Positions 1 through 9,022 of a DNA stretch of 52,434 bases are shown here, one piece after another. The translations under genes and the position numbers were made by a program. The first letter of the stretch is position 1, and the number at the start of each line of letters is the position of its first letter. Source of the stretch: Parvibaculum sp. (GTDB lineage: Bacteria; Pseudomonadota; Alphaproteobacteria; Parvibaculales; Parvibaculaceae); the NCBI GenBank assembly GCA_020062605.1, contig JAGUWA010000058.1, positions 1 to 52,434 on the forward strand. The letters are read 5' to 3'. Below the pieces are notes generated by a model. It worked only from the letters and a program-made list of their open reading frames with translations. It was not told the DNA's origin and did not search any database.

Positions 1-186
1 CTGCTGGCCGCCCAGCGCAGCCTGCACGAGGCCGAAACCGCAGCCGCACGCGCGCATACCAACGCCGCCGTGCAATTGGTGGCGCTGTACAAGGCCCTTG
101 GTGGCGGCTGGGACGTATCCACAACGGCATCGACCGCAGGTCAATCGCCCCGGGGCGCTGCTCCCTTTGCATTTTCAAGCCGCTGA
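1..186 (+). CDS. 3' end of NodT/OprM-family efflux outer-membrane lipoprotein (partial)
   Basis: Frame 1 translates LLAAQRSLHEAE...VALYKALGGGWDV...*; LYKALGGGW is the family C-terminal signature. Not in the ORF track. Confidence 0.85.
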   Translation: MLAAQRSLHEAETAAARAHTNAAVQLVALYKALGGGWDVSTTASTAGQSPRGAAPFAFSSR

Positions 187-206
187 CTCAATATCAGGAG
201 ACCGTC

Positions 207-287
207 ATGCAAATGAGCATAGGAAGCATCAACAGAATGGTCCGCATGTTGTCATTCTCTTTCTGCTCAGCCTCCCACGATGGCTGA
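207..287 (+). pseudogene. Truncated small membrane protein remnant (DUF2892/YgaP-like N-terminus)
   Basis: AGGAG RBS then MQMSIGSINRMVR, resembling the M-x-x-NIGxxDRxxR start of DUF2892 proteins; stops after 26 codons. Confidence 0.35.
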
Positions 288-728
288 CCTCATCCAAGCC
301 TTCGTCGAGACTTAGTGACTTCACGCCTCTCGTTACCGATCTGGGTCGCCGCTGCACAAGATGCTACTGGGCTGCGACCGGTTTCACGGACACAAAAATC
401 AGGCGTCATGATCGATCCGAAGGTCAGCGCTGGTACGAATGTATTTGACTATTGGCCCGAGACTGGCAGTTCTAAATTGTTGAGGCTAGTGCCCGATTCT
501 GGCGCAAAGCGGATGTTCCACCCCTCCCCCCGCCGACAATCCCAATAACACAGATTTAGTCGCCGCGAGCCAACGGCAACGGTGTTTGGCCAACACTCCC
601 ATAGAGACTGGCCTGACGAATGTTTAGTTCCATCAAGGCTTATCCCCTTGTCCCAGCCAATCAATATATTGAATTGACCAGCTGATAACGGACAAGTTGA
701 GGCTAACGGCAAGCTTTGGCTCAAATTT

Positions 729-845
729 TGAGCCATATTCGTCTCAATTAACGGCTTCATGGCCTGGCAGATAGTTTTGAGCCGTATTCGTCTCATTTTC
801 CTTGATTTTCGACCTGCATCTGTTATATGAGCCGTATTCGTCTCA
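729..845. promoter_or_regulatory. Three 18-bp operators TGAGCCRTATTCGTCTCA (729-746, 778-795, 828-845) overlapping the hipBA promoter
   Basis: Near-identical imperfect palindromes spaced 49/50 bp; TTGATT (802-807) and TGnTATATG (821-829) lie between or over copies 2 and 3. Confidence 0.8.
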
Positions 846-849
846 TTTC

Positions 850-1086
850 ATGGTAACGGCAATGGCTATTCCAGTTTTTGTGACATCGCCTAAGGAATTC
901 GGCGCCGAGATTCGGCGGCGTCGCAAGGCCGGGAAGCTTACTCAGGCTGAGCTCGCCTCAGCCACCGGCGCATCTCGCCGCTTGATCTCGGCTCTCGAGA
1001 ACGGTGAGCGCGGGGTCTCGATCGAAATGGCGTTGGCAGCTGCCGTAGAGCTCGGTCTCGATGTGCGGCTGGAGCCCAGAACATGA
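850..1086 (+). CDS. hipB: HipB-like XRE HTH antitoxin
   Basis: HTH LTQAELASATGASRRLISALENG; stop overlaps the hipA start (ATGA). Start at ATG 850 or 862 because TTG 802 lies in the promoter. Confidence 0.85.
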   Translation: MVTAMAIPVFVTSPKEFGAEIRRRRKAGKLTQAELASATGASRRLISALENGERGVSIEMALAAAVELGLDVRLEPRT

Positions 1087-2411
1087 CACGAGAGATTGAT
1101 GTCTTCTTCGAGGGCGAGGATGAGCCGGTCGGACGCCTCTCCGCCGACGAACAAGGCGCGCTCGCATTTCGCTACGGCTCCGGAGCGAAATGCCCGCTCT
1201 CGCTCGCCTTACCCCTCGAGCGCGAGATTTTCAGAGATAACGAGGCCCGCGCGTTTTTCGACAACCTGCTTCAGGAGAATTCCTCACTCGAAGCGGTGAT
1301 GGCCAAGCACGACATCGATCGTTCCGATATCGCCGGACTTCTTTATTATCTCGGACGGGACTGTCCCGGAGCGATCTCATGCGTGCCCGCCGGCGAGGGC
1401 CCCGGCAAGAAGCCGGGGAGGCTCGATAGGGACTACGAAATTCTGAGCGCAAAGGATCTCGCCGGCATCATGCGCTCGCTGCGCGATGAACGGCGCTTGC
1501 CGCCCGATACCAAAGACCCGTCGCCGCTGGCGGGTGTTCAGGGAAAAATTGCGCTTGCCAGGCTCCCCGATGGCAGCTTTGCGCTCCCGTCGCGTGAAAG
1601 CGGCGCGCCAACCACGCATATTCTGAAGGTCCCTCGCCGCGGCGAAGAAGTACTCGTCGATTATGAGTATCGGCTGATGTCGCTTGCGGAGAAGATTTAT
1701 GCGGACCAGGTTGCTCAAGTAGAGCCGCTGGAAATCGACGATGCGCGCGGCCTTCTCATTACACGGTTTGACCGTAACGTGACGAATGGCGTCGTGAGTC
1801 GAATTCATCAAGAAGATTTTTGCCAGGCACTGGGTCTGCCGAAGGGCCTGAAATACGAGCGATACGGAAAAGGCGAACGTATTTTCAATGCTGCCGCTGT
1901 TGGCAAACTGCTCGGACAAACGCGCCTGCCGGCGAGAGCCCGCCGGCTCTTTCTTCAAATGACGGTTCTGAATCTTGCTGTCGGCAACACCGACAACCAT
2001 GCCAAGAACCACGCTCTCATTTATCGTGGAAACACGCCCGAGCTCGCGCCGCTTTATGACGTCGTGCCCGTGCTTCTGGATCGAAGCGCCAATCACGACT
2101 TCTCCCTGCATGTCGGCGCCGCCGGCCAGATGGAGGCACTTACGCGAGACGCATTCTTCGAGTTTGTGCGGGCGGTAGGCATAAGATCCCGCGGCAAATC
2201 CGCCGAAGAAGAAGTCCTGAACAGCGTTCGGGATACTCTGACCGCCATCGCCGGCAATGTCGATACGTTCCAGGGTGGTCAGATGAAGATTCTCGGCGAC
2301 ATGATCGCCCATCAGATCGCGCTCGTTGCCGACGCGCTCGCCATATCCGTAGAAATACCCGAGCGCGACGCGTTTCTCAGGCGAGGCGGTGCATTTCGTT
2401 TGCAGTGCTAA
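1083..2411 (+). CDS. hipA: HipA-family Ser/Thr kinase toxin
   Basis: Motifs FFDNLLxE, GRDCPGA, LAGVQGK, THILK, RFDR, HQEDFCQ, GNTDNHAKN, LAPLYD. Confidence 0.95.
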   Translation: MTREIDVFFEGEDEPVGRLSADEQGALAFRYGSGAKCPLSLALPLEREIFRDNEARAFFDNLLQENSSLEAVMAKHDIDRSDIAGLLYYLGRDCPGAISCVPAGEGPGKKPGRLDRDYEILSAKDLAGIMRSLRDERRLPPDTKDPSPLAGVQGKIALARLPDGSFALPSRESGAPTTHILKVPRRGEEVLVDYEYRLMSLAEKIYADQVAQVEPLEIDDARGLLITRFDRNVTNGVVSRIHQEDFCQALGLPKGLKYERYGKGERIFNAAAVGKLLGQTRLPARARRLFLQMTVLNLAVGNTDNHAKNHALIYRGNTPELAPLYDVVPVLLDRSANHDFSLHVGAAGQMEALTRDAFFEFVRAVGIRSRGKSAEEEVLNSVRDTLTAIAGNVDTFQGGQMKILGDMIAHQIALVADALAISVEIPERDAFLRRGGAFRLQC

Positions 2412-2871
2412 GCGAACCAGACTTTGGAACTGCAAGCTTGGTCCGGAAAATCTGATCAAGTCCCACTACCTGCAGTAGAGAGATGGGACAACGGGATAAA
2501 CCTCGTTCCATCCATCGCCTCCGATACCTCTAAGCCTGCTATCCCGCTCATATATCGAACTACGGGGTCCGCTGCCGAAAGATTGGTGGCGGTCCAGCAT
2601 CTTGGACGAGGGTCTCGAGGTACAGGTATCTGTCGGTAGGCCCCTCCCTCCCCTCAGTTAACAACCGGCGCTCGCTCACGACCCGAGGCTACGCCCAGTC
2701 CGCCCTGCAGCGCTGGCGCATGCCCCACATCTTTCGAAATCGTTTCGGCAGATTTCAAAAACGCGCCCTGCCCTTTTTTTCTTCTGTAGTCGGTTCATAT
2801 CACCGCGACAACCAACTCGCTTGGCTTCGCTGGTCGTCACACCATAAAGAATTAGGGCCGGATATATCGTG

Positions 2872-2946
2872 TTTTCCGTTTTCTATTTTTCCGTTTTTCT
2901 ATTTTCCGGCTTTCTATTTTTCCGTTTTTCTATTTTTCGTTTTTTT
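2872..2946. repeat. Tandem 15-16-bp pyrimidine-rich repeat (TTTTCCGTTTTTCTAT, ~4.5 copies) upstream of tnsA
   Basis: Directly visible: TTTTCCGTTTTCTAT / TTTTCCGTTTTTCTAT / TTTCCGGCTTTCTAT / TTTTCCGTTTTTCTAT / TTTTCGTTTT. Confidence 0.85.
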
Positions 2947-3037
2947 ACTTACGATCACGGTGTTTTGACTCAACATCGACTCATGTGATTGAATTTTTGC
3001 TTGATTTTTACTTACACGGGATACCGCGGAGAACCCT

Positions 3038-3718
3038 ATGTTTGATGTCCATGAAACACGATACGCAGCACGTATCGATGAGTTTGGCCCCGGTGGCGCT
3101 CGGCCAGTCGTCACGGGGCGCCGGGATATCCCGACCTCCAAGGTGCTAACGCGGTCTGGTGAATACGTCGATTGTGAGCACAATGTAGAGCGCGATTTTG
3201 TAACGATCGTCGACCTCGACCCACGTGTCACCCGCATCCGCCATCAACCACATCGATTATCATATCTGTGGTCGGGCCAACGCGTGTCATACGTACCCGA
3301 CTTCGAACTCGAGACGGTGAGCGGTACCTACATCGTCGAGGTAAAGACCAGACGTGAATACGAGCGTAAGGAAGCCCTAAGAGAACGTCTCTCTCAGATT
3401 CGACAGGTCTATGAGAGCATCGGACTATCCTTCTTCATTTCATTCGATGATGTCATTCGAATCGAGCCTCGCTTTTCAAACCTATGCGAGATGAGGCGGT
3501 ACCGCTCCACGGCAGTGTCATCGCGTGATCGAGCTGCCATTCGCGATCATTTGGCACGTTGCAGTTCCGACACTCTTTCTAACTGCGCCGCTCTCGTGAT
3601 CGATTCACACGGGAACTCCGCAGTCCTTTCACTTGCTGCAAACCATCTCATTGACCTGGATATGTCGGAGCGGATCTCGGGGAACACCCTCTGCCGCCTG
3701 CCCCACCCTACCGTTTGA
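3038..3718 (+). CDS. tnsA: TnsA-like PD-(D/E)xK endonuclease
   Basis: ERDF...LDPRV..IRHQP...YVPDF...IVEVK, plus a C-terminal wHTH-like segment (IDLDM). Confidence 0.88.
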   Translation: MFDVHETRYAARIDEFGPGGARPVVTGRRDIPTSKVLTRSGEYVDCEHNVERDFVTIVDLDPRVTRIRHQPHRLSYLWSGQRVSYVPDFELETVSGTYIVEVKTRREYERKEALRERLSQIRQVYESIGLSFFISFDDVIRIEPRFSNLCEMRRYRSTAVSSRDRAAIRDHLARCSSDTLSNCAALVIDSHGNSAVLSLAANHLIDLDMSERISGNTLCRLPHPTV

Positions 3719-3726
3719 TTTCCCAG

Positions 3727-6024
3727 ATGAACAAAAATCTCCCCCCTTCACACCGCCCGTCGGACGTCACGTTTCATATTCCCAAAGGCGAAATCGTTAT
3801 GCTCGAAGGCACTCGCCTTCAGTTCAAGAAACGATACCCTTCCGGCAACTATGAGTTTGTGAATCCGGAAGATGGTGAACCTTTTATCATTGAGGTCACA
3901 GCCCTTCTTAAAAAGTGGCTCGAAAACAAGCTTGTCTTGCAAGGCAACAGCGATCTACATCCGCTCGAACAGAAGCGGCTCGAAATTCCTCTGGATCAGT
4001 TGACGGAAAAAGAGTCAGCCGAACTTGAGTTTTGGCTTGCCTGTGTGACAGCTTTCTATGCGGTGCATCCACGCCCCAAGAAAACCAAAAAGGGTCTCAC
4101 CCCAATCCTCGAACGCATCAGAAGGGAAACCGGCGACAAGAGGCCGCGATCATGGCAGGTCTTCCAGAGCAAGATCCGCAAATTCGAAATGGGAGGACGA
4201 GATCCGCGCGCCCTGATCAGTCTCAATCGATACAAGGGAAACCCGCATCAGTCTCGGCTTCTACCTATCGTAGATCAAATTATCGATAACGCGATTTCAG
4301 AAGTTTATCTGACTCCTGATAACTACAATCGCAAGGTATTCTGCGGGAGGGTTTTAGCCGACATCTACAAGTACAATCAAAACGTCGGTTTTGGTGGACC
4401 GCATATTCCTGTTCCTGACCGCTCCACCCTCTATCGACGTCTCCACTGGATAGACGGCTATCTAGAATTATACGCGAGAGAAGGAAAAGAGGCTGCCGAT
4501 CAGAAGTATCGGCCTGCCTATGCTGGGAAGCCAGCTACACGCATCGGCGAGGTCTATGAGATAGACCACCACAAATGCGATACCCATCTTTGCGACGCTG
4601 AAACCGGATTGATGCTCGGCCGGCCGTGGTTGACATTGGTTGTCGACAGATTCAGTCGTGCGATTGTCGGCTTCTACCTCTCATTCGCCACGCCATCCTG
4701 GCATTCAATCGCACAAGCTCTTCGCATGGCGATCATGCCGAAAGAACCGTTCCTCGCGTCCGATGGTCAAACGAGGCTTGTATGGTTCGCACATGGTGTA
4801 TGCGAATGGATCGTTACCGACAATGCGCTCGAATTAAAGTCTTCCGATCTCGTAAGTGCTGCCAAAAAGGTTCAAATCGGCGGGATAACCTGGGCACCAC
4901 GGTATAAGCCAAATTACAAGGGCATCGTTGAACGCTTCTTTGGTTCAATGGAAGAAGACTTCGGCCAAAGCTTGCCCAATGCAGCAAAGCAACCAAACAG
5001 AAAAGCTTCTCCCCGGAAAAAGACAGACCCCAAACACGCCATAACGCTGGACGAATATCGCGCGAAATTCATTGAGTGGGTGCTGCAGGTCTACAACCGC
5101 AGCCTACACACAAAACTGCATTGTTCCCCGGAAATGATGTGGCGGGAGGGCGCTAAACTTCATCCGCCGAGATTGCCCAGATCTGCCCGGGATCTGAATG
5201 TGCTAATGATGTATGTGAAAGAGCGGACGCTGCATCAATACGGAATTGAGCTGAATAATCTGAGATACAACAGCCCCGACGTTGCGAGACTACGTTCAGA
5301 TTTCGGAGGCTCACTGAAACTCCCGGTGCGTTTCGATCGATCGGAACTGGGATATATCTACATCCAACATCCGACATCAGGCGAACTCTACAAGATACCC
5401 TGCACAACTCCGATGTATGCTGATGGCTTGTCTCTTGATGTACACCTAGCGGTTTGGGAGACGATGCGTGAGAAAGGCATTTCTTCTACGAAAGATGCGG
5501 ATCTCGTAATTTATCGCGATAACATCATTCGGGAGGCGCAGAAGGCGCGCGGCCACAAGAAGCTTACAATACGGAAGCAGAGCGAAATTCTTCTGTCTGG
5601 CTTCGACGACTTTACGCCAGGAAAGGTGATTGTTAATCGAGCCGAAAGTCAGTCGAATGCTTTCGACCAGATGTTGGGTGACAAGGATAATGCAGCACCT
5701 TCTCCATCTCATACTGTGGAATTTCCATCATCTCTTGAACCGGACGCCTTGCCCCGAACAGTGGGGAAACTGAACGTCGTTAGCGTACAGAAACCAAAAC
5801 CCAAGGATCGCTCCGAGATTCCACGCCCCAAGAAGATCTCGATCGTCGAGGATGAATTTGATGAAAATTCTTTTCACTCCCCAAAGATCGAACCCATATC
5901 TCCGCTCAAGCAGAGCTATTCGCCGCGTGTAACGACCGGACTCTCCGGTATCCCGATGACGCGGCTTGATGCTCATCCTCGTAACGCATCATCCGACACG
6001 GACAGCGAAGATGACACCAATTGA
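3727..6024 (+). CDS. tnsB: TnsB/TniA-like DDE transposase with Mu-type C-terminal domain
   Basis: EIDHH (D), VTDNA (D), KGIVERFF (E), GRPWLT..VD.FSR, YN...H, GI....LRY; long low-complexity C-tail. Confidence 0.92.
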   Translation: MNKNLPPSHRPSDVTFHIPKGEIVMLEGTRLQFKKRYPSGNYEFVNPEDGEPFIIEVTALLKKWLENKLVLQGNSDLHPLEQKRLEIPLDQLTEKESAELEFWLACVTAFYAVHPRPKKTKKGLTPILERIRRETGDKRPRSWQVFQSKIRKFEMGGRDPRALISLNRYKGNPHQSRLLPIVDQIIDNAISEVYLTPDNYNRKVFCGRVLADIYKYNQNVGFGGPHIPVPDRSTLYRRLHWIDGYLELYAREGKEAADQKYRPAYAGKPATRIGEVYEIDHHKCDTHLCDAETGLMLGRPWLTLVVDRFSRAIVGFYLSFATPSWHSIAQALRMAIMPKEPFLASDGQTRLVWFAHGVCEWIVTDNALELKSSDLVSAAKKVQIGGITWAPRYKPNYKGIVERFFGSMEEDFGQSLPNAAKQPNRKASPRKKTDPKHAITLDEYRAKFIEWVLQVYNRSLHTKLHCSPEMMWREGAKLHPPRLPRSARDLNVLMMYVKERTLHQYGIELNNLRYNSPDVARLRSDFGGSLKLPVRFDRSELGYIYIQHPTSGELYKIPCTTPMYADGLSLDVHLAVWETMREKGISSTKDADLVIYRDNIIREAQKARGHKKLTIRKQSEILLSGFDDFTPGKVIVNRAESQSNAFDQMLGDKDNAAPSPSHTVEFPSSLEPDALPRTVGKLNVVSVQKPKPKDRSEIPRPKKISIVEDEFDENSFHSPKIEPISPLKQSYSPRVTTGLSGIPMTRLDAHPRNASSDTDSEDDTN

Positions 6025-6982
6025 GCACGCAGAAGCCATTGAGCACAAATCCCGTGAACGCGCGGCCGCCCTGAAGAACGCATTCCTCATGTTTCCCCGG
6101 GTAGAGCACGCATACACTGAAATCCGCAATCTCCATCGCATGGGGGTTCCGGGCCCGAGAGCCGAATGCATCGTCCTATATGGCCAATCTGGTGCGGGGA
6201 AATCTCACATCCTGAAATTCTATCTTGGAGAACATCCCACCCGGAGGGTTCCAATAACCGATGGCAGGGATCCCACAAAGAGTGGCACGCGTCTTCAGGA
6301 TGAAGTCGTGATGGTCGAGGCGCCTTCGCCCGCTTCGCGGAGGGCTTTGATCGATCGGATTCAACGCGCTATGCAGCCGGAACCACTGCCCATTCGTCTC
6401 ACGCTTGGTGAGCGCCGCGAGCGTTTGGTCGAGATGCTTCAAAAGGCGGGTACACGGTTGCTCATCATAGATGAGTTTCAACATCTAATCGACCATAGAA
6501 GCAAACGGGTGATCCTGGAGGCGAGCGATCTTGTGAAGTCTCTTCTGAACGCCGCAGTTTGCCCGATCGTGCTCTCTGGAACACCGGAAATACTCAAGAT
6601 CCTCGAAGCGGACAGCCAGCTCCGGAGCCGCGTTTACTCCATTCCTTCAATCACTCCCTTCGATTGGGATGACCCGTCTGATCAGGAGCAGTTTCTTGGC
6701 TATCTTGTTGAGGCAGAAGCTTGCCTGAAATTTGAGAAGACTTCGAGCCTCTCAGAGCCCGACTGCGCGAGGCGCATTCACATGGTCTCCGGTGGTCTCA
6801 TCGGAGAAACGCAGCGTCTCGTTTCCGCTGCTGCGGAAATTGCCACACGGGCGGATCTTCCATGTATTTCCAACGAATGTCTGGCTTTGGCCGTCGACAG
6901 AGCCTGGCTGCAGCACAAAGGAAAGCAGGGTAACCCATTCCGGCAGGTCAGCGTCCCCGCGCGCCAGGTCGAGTACAGGTGA
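6011..6982 (+). CDS. tnsC: TnsC/TniB AAA+ ATPase
   Basis: Walker A GQSGAGKS, Walker B LLIIDEFQHL, QLRSR, C-terminal NPF. Confidence 0.92.
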   Translation: MTPIEHAEAIEHKSRERAAALKNAFLMFPRVEHAYTEIRNLHRMGVPGPRAECIVLYGQSGAGKSHILKFYLGEHPTRRVPITDGRDPTKSGTRLQDEVVMVEAPSPASRRALIDRIQRAMQPEPLPIRLTLGERRERLVEMLQKAGTRLLIIDEFQHLIDHRSKRVILEASDLVKSLLNAAVCPIVLSGTPEILKILEADSQLRSRVYSIPSITPFDWDDPSDQEQFLGYLVEAEACLKFEKTSSLSEPDCARRIHMVSGGLIGETQRLVSAAAEIATRADLPCISNECLALAVDRAWLQHKGKQGNPFRQVSVPARQVEYR

Positions 6983-6986
6983 CATC

Positions 6987-8018
6987 ATGTACAAGCTGCG
7001 ATCGCTACTGGACCCCATCGCGGATGAGAGCCTGCTCAGCCATATCGTCCGTACCGCGGAGGAGAACTGCCTGAAGCCTGACAATATGGCCGAGCTTGTT
7101 GGAACGAAAACCGGAGGCATCGTTCCACTACTCTTTGACCGAAGCTTGGCTGAAAAGCTCGCGCCCCTGCTGGGCTTACCTCTCGACGAAGTCCAGCTAA
7201 AGATGTACCTGCCGCTCTCAGGCGAAGCACCACAGCAGGCACCAAGGACCTCACGCATTGGCGCACGTTTCACAAATACGGGCGTCCTGAACCTACCTCG
7301 ACAATCCACCATGCATTCGTTCTTCGGAACGCCGGTAAACCGTGAGGATTTCCATTTCTCCAGCCGCCGTTTTGCACCCGGCGCCTTGGCTGAAGGCGGT
7401 TATCACCGGGCGTCGTGGGACATCGATTTTATCTTCGCCAACCGGGAAACCGGCGAGATGCTTCAAACTACGTGCGGCTATTGCAACAAGAAGCCTAACT
7501 GGCGGACGAAAGGCGTGACGAGCTGCACATGCAAGGAAGATCTTCGACATGAGAAAGCAATTCCGATTCCGGAGGAGCTTCGGGATTTATCTTCCTTTCT
7601 CCACGATCTGATCGATCCGTGCTCCGAGGTGCGGGCACGATGCCGTTCAAATCTTCCCCTCCCCCTCCGGGATCTCAGTGTATCCACCTTGGTCGACCTG
7701 ATGGCCACGGTCGGTCATTTAGCCAGCCGATGTTCTGCCGAAGCGAAAGTGGTTCTGAAAGATCTGGCGGCGGATCGCAGGTTCGGGCTGATGCTTTTGG
7801 GATATCAGCACTTGTCTGAATGGCCTGGCCAGATTCTTCCGCTAATCGAGCAAGCCCTAAACGAAGGAGTTTCAGGCTCCTTCCGGCAGCACCTTGCGCT
7901 TGGTCGCATCTTTCCCATTGCGGAGCGTGCGGAATATCCAGAGACCAAATCCATCCTGCTTTCCACAGCAATGGAGGTCTGGGCAGGCTCGCTCGAACCT
8001 TCAGCTATGGCGAGTTAG
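6987..8018 (+). CDS. tniQ: TniQ/TnsD-family target selector (343 aa)
   Basis: N-terminal PIADESLLSHIVR.AEEN, YHRASW, CGYC...CTC; ATG 4 nt after the tnsC stop. Confidence 0.82.
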   Translation: MYKLRSLLDPIADESLLSHIVRTAEENCLKPDNMAELVGTKTGGIVPLLFDRSLAEKLAPLLGLPLDEVQLKMYLPLSGEAPQQAPRTSRIGARFTNTGVLNLPRQSTMHSFFGTPVNREDFHFSSRRFAPGALAEGGYHRASWDIDFIFANRETGEMLQTTCGYCNKKPNWRTKGVTSCTCKEDLRHEKAIPIPEELRDLSSFLHDLIDPCSEVRARCRSNLPLPLRDLSVSTLVDLMATVGHLASRCSAEAKVVLKDLAADRRFGLMLLGYQHLSEWPGQILPLIEQALNEGVSGSFRQHLALGRIFPIAERAEYPETKSILLSTAMEVWAGSLEPSAMAS

Positions 8019-8115
8019 GAGGACCGCGGCACTTTCCTCTTTGTCTCCAGAATGCCGCGAAAACGGGATGCGGATGTGCCGTCCGATTGTCTTATCCCGT
8101 CTCGCCTTCGTTCCG

Positions 8116-8345
8116 ATGCCCTTCGACAAATCCAGCCTGACGGCCCCCTTACATCAACGAGGGACCGCGTCTCGAACGCTACCTCGTGAAGCGCTGGCGG
8201 CTGTCTGCCGCTGCCGCGGCCGATGTAGTGCAGGAGGCCTTCATCCGGCTGATGCGCGTACCGCAGCAGCAGGACATCCGGGATGTGCCGCGCCATCTGC
8301 GGCGACTATCGAGACCGCAGCCATCGACGATCGCCGCACGGCGCG
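8116..8345 (+). pseudogene. FecI-like ECF sigma factor remnant (frameshifted, truncated)
   Basis: Fragments in shifting frames: MPFDKSSL.. / RLERYLVKRW...AADVVQEAFIRL / AIDDRR (sigma region 2). Right boundary approximate. Confidence 0.6.
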
Positions 8346-8522
8346 AGGAGGCAATGCGCGCCGCTTCATAGGACGCCTCTGGCGAAGGATTGCGCAGTTC
8401 GTTGCGCTGGATGATGTCGGCGTTGATGAACGGACCGCGAAGCCGGGAGCGACGCTGGTCACATAGAGCGTAGATTTGCCGGCATCGTTCGACCTGGGAA
8501 GGACAATCATTGTCGGTTTCAA
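8330..8522 (-). pseudogene. Zeta-toxin-like/AAA ATPase remnant
   Basis: MIVLPRSNDAGKSTLY (degenerate AGPNGAGKST), frameshift, then PFINADIIQRNEL...YEAARIA; truncated; coupled to the upstream ParD-like gene. Confidence 0.7.
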
Positions 8523-8875
8523 GTCTCGCCGGCGGTCTTCTCGCGCACGAAGTTGCCGTTGGTATCCAGACCGACACCGAGGCCAAGCTGCCGTCGCCGG
8601 GCAAACCAGGCCTCCTCATCGGATCCGGTCTGTCCCATTTTCTCGACGAAGCTGTTGAGCCAGACGTCCTTTTCCTCGCCGGTGAGCTCCGCAGTCCCGA
8701 TTTCCCCCGAAAGGGCCGCCGTTATCCGGGCGTAATCGAAATTACCCGACTTCTCGATCGCGCGACCGATATGCACCCAATGTGCAACCTGTCCCGAGAC
8801 CGATCGGCTCTGCAGTTCGGACTCGCGCCGCATGATCTTCATGATGTCATCGGCAAGCTTGATGGATCGGGTCAT
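8519..8875 (-). CDS. ParD-like RHH antitoxin
   Basis: SIKLADD...RESELQSRSVSGQVAHWVHIGRAIE pattern typical of the ParD-like family. Confidence 0.8.
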   Translation of the reverse strand: MTRSIKLADDIMKIMRRESELQSRSVSGQVAHWVHIGRAIEKSGNFDYARITAALSGEIGTAELTGEEKDVWLNSFVEKMGQTGSDEEAWFARRRQLGLGVGLDTNGNFVREKTAGET

Positions 8876-8971
8876 GTGCAACCTCTGCACCAAAGGTGGC
8901 ATTTTGCTACCTCTCTTTTCAAGTCTGCGGAGGGAGGCACGAACCCGAATCCGATGTGCCGTTCAGCATAG

Positions 8972-9000
8972 TTGCGATTTGTCCATATATGGACTATATC
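8972..9000 (+). promoter_or_regulatory. xre-res promoter with palindromic operator GTCCATATATGGAC (8981-8994) in the spacer
   Basis: TTGCGA-17 nt-TATATC with a perfect 14-bp palindrome between the boxes. Confidence 0.65.
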
Positions 9001-9022
9001 TATATCCGGATTGGAGGCGAAG

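Larger units (their letters stand above)
3038..8018 (+). mobile_element. Tn7-like transposition module tnsA-tnsB-tnsC-tniQ (element ends not located)
   Basis: Four co-oriented, overlapping or abutting genes in canonical Tn7-like order. Confidence 0.9.

Noticed and set aside
729-845. Regularly spaced repeats as a mini-CRISPR array for a CAST
   Set aside because: Repeats are only 18 bp, overlap a sigma70 promoter for hipBA, fit operator geometry, and no cas gene is present.
2720-2968. 82-aa Phe-rich ORF
   Set aside because: Translation artefact of the T-rich tandem repeat.
2412-3037. Tn7 end with TGT terminus and TnsB sites
   Set aside because: Could not find a TGT/ACA end with repeated ~20-bp sites matching any other region; ends left uncalled.
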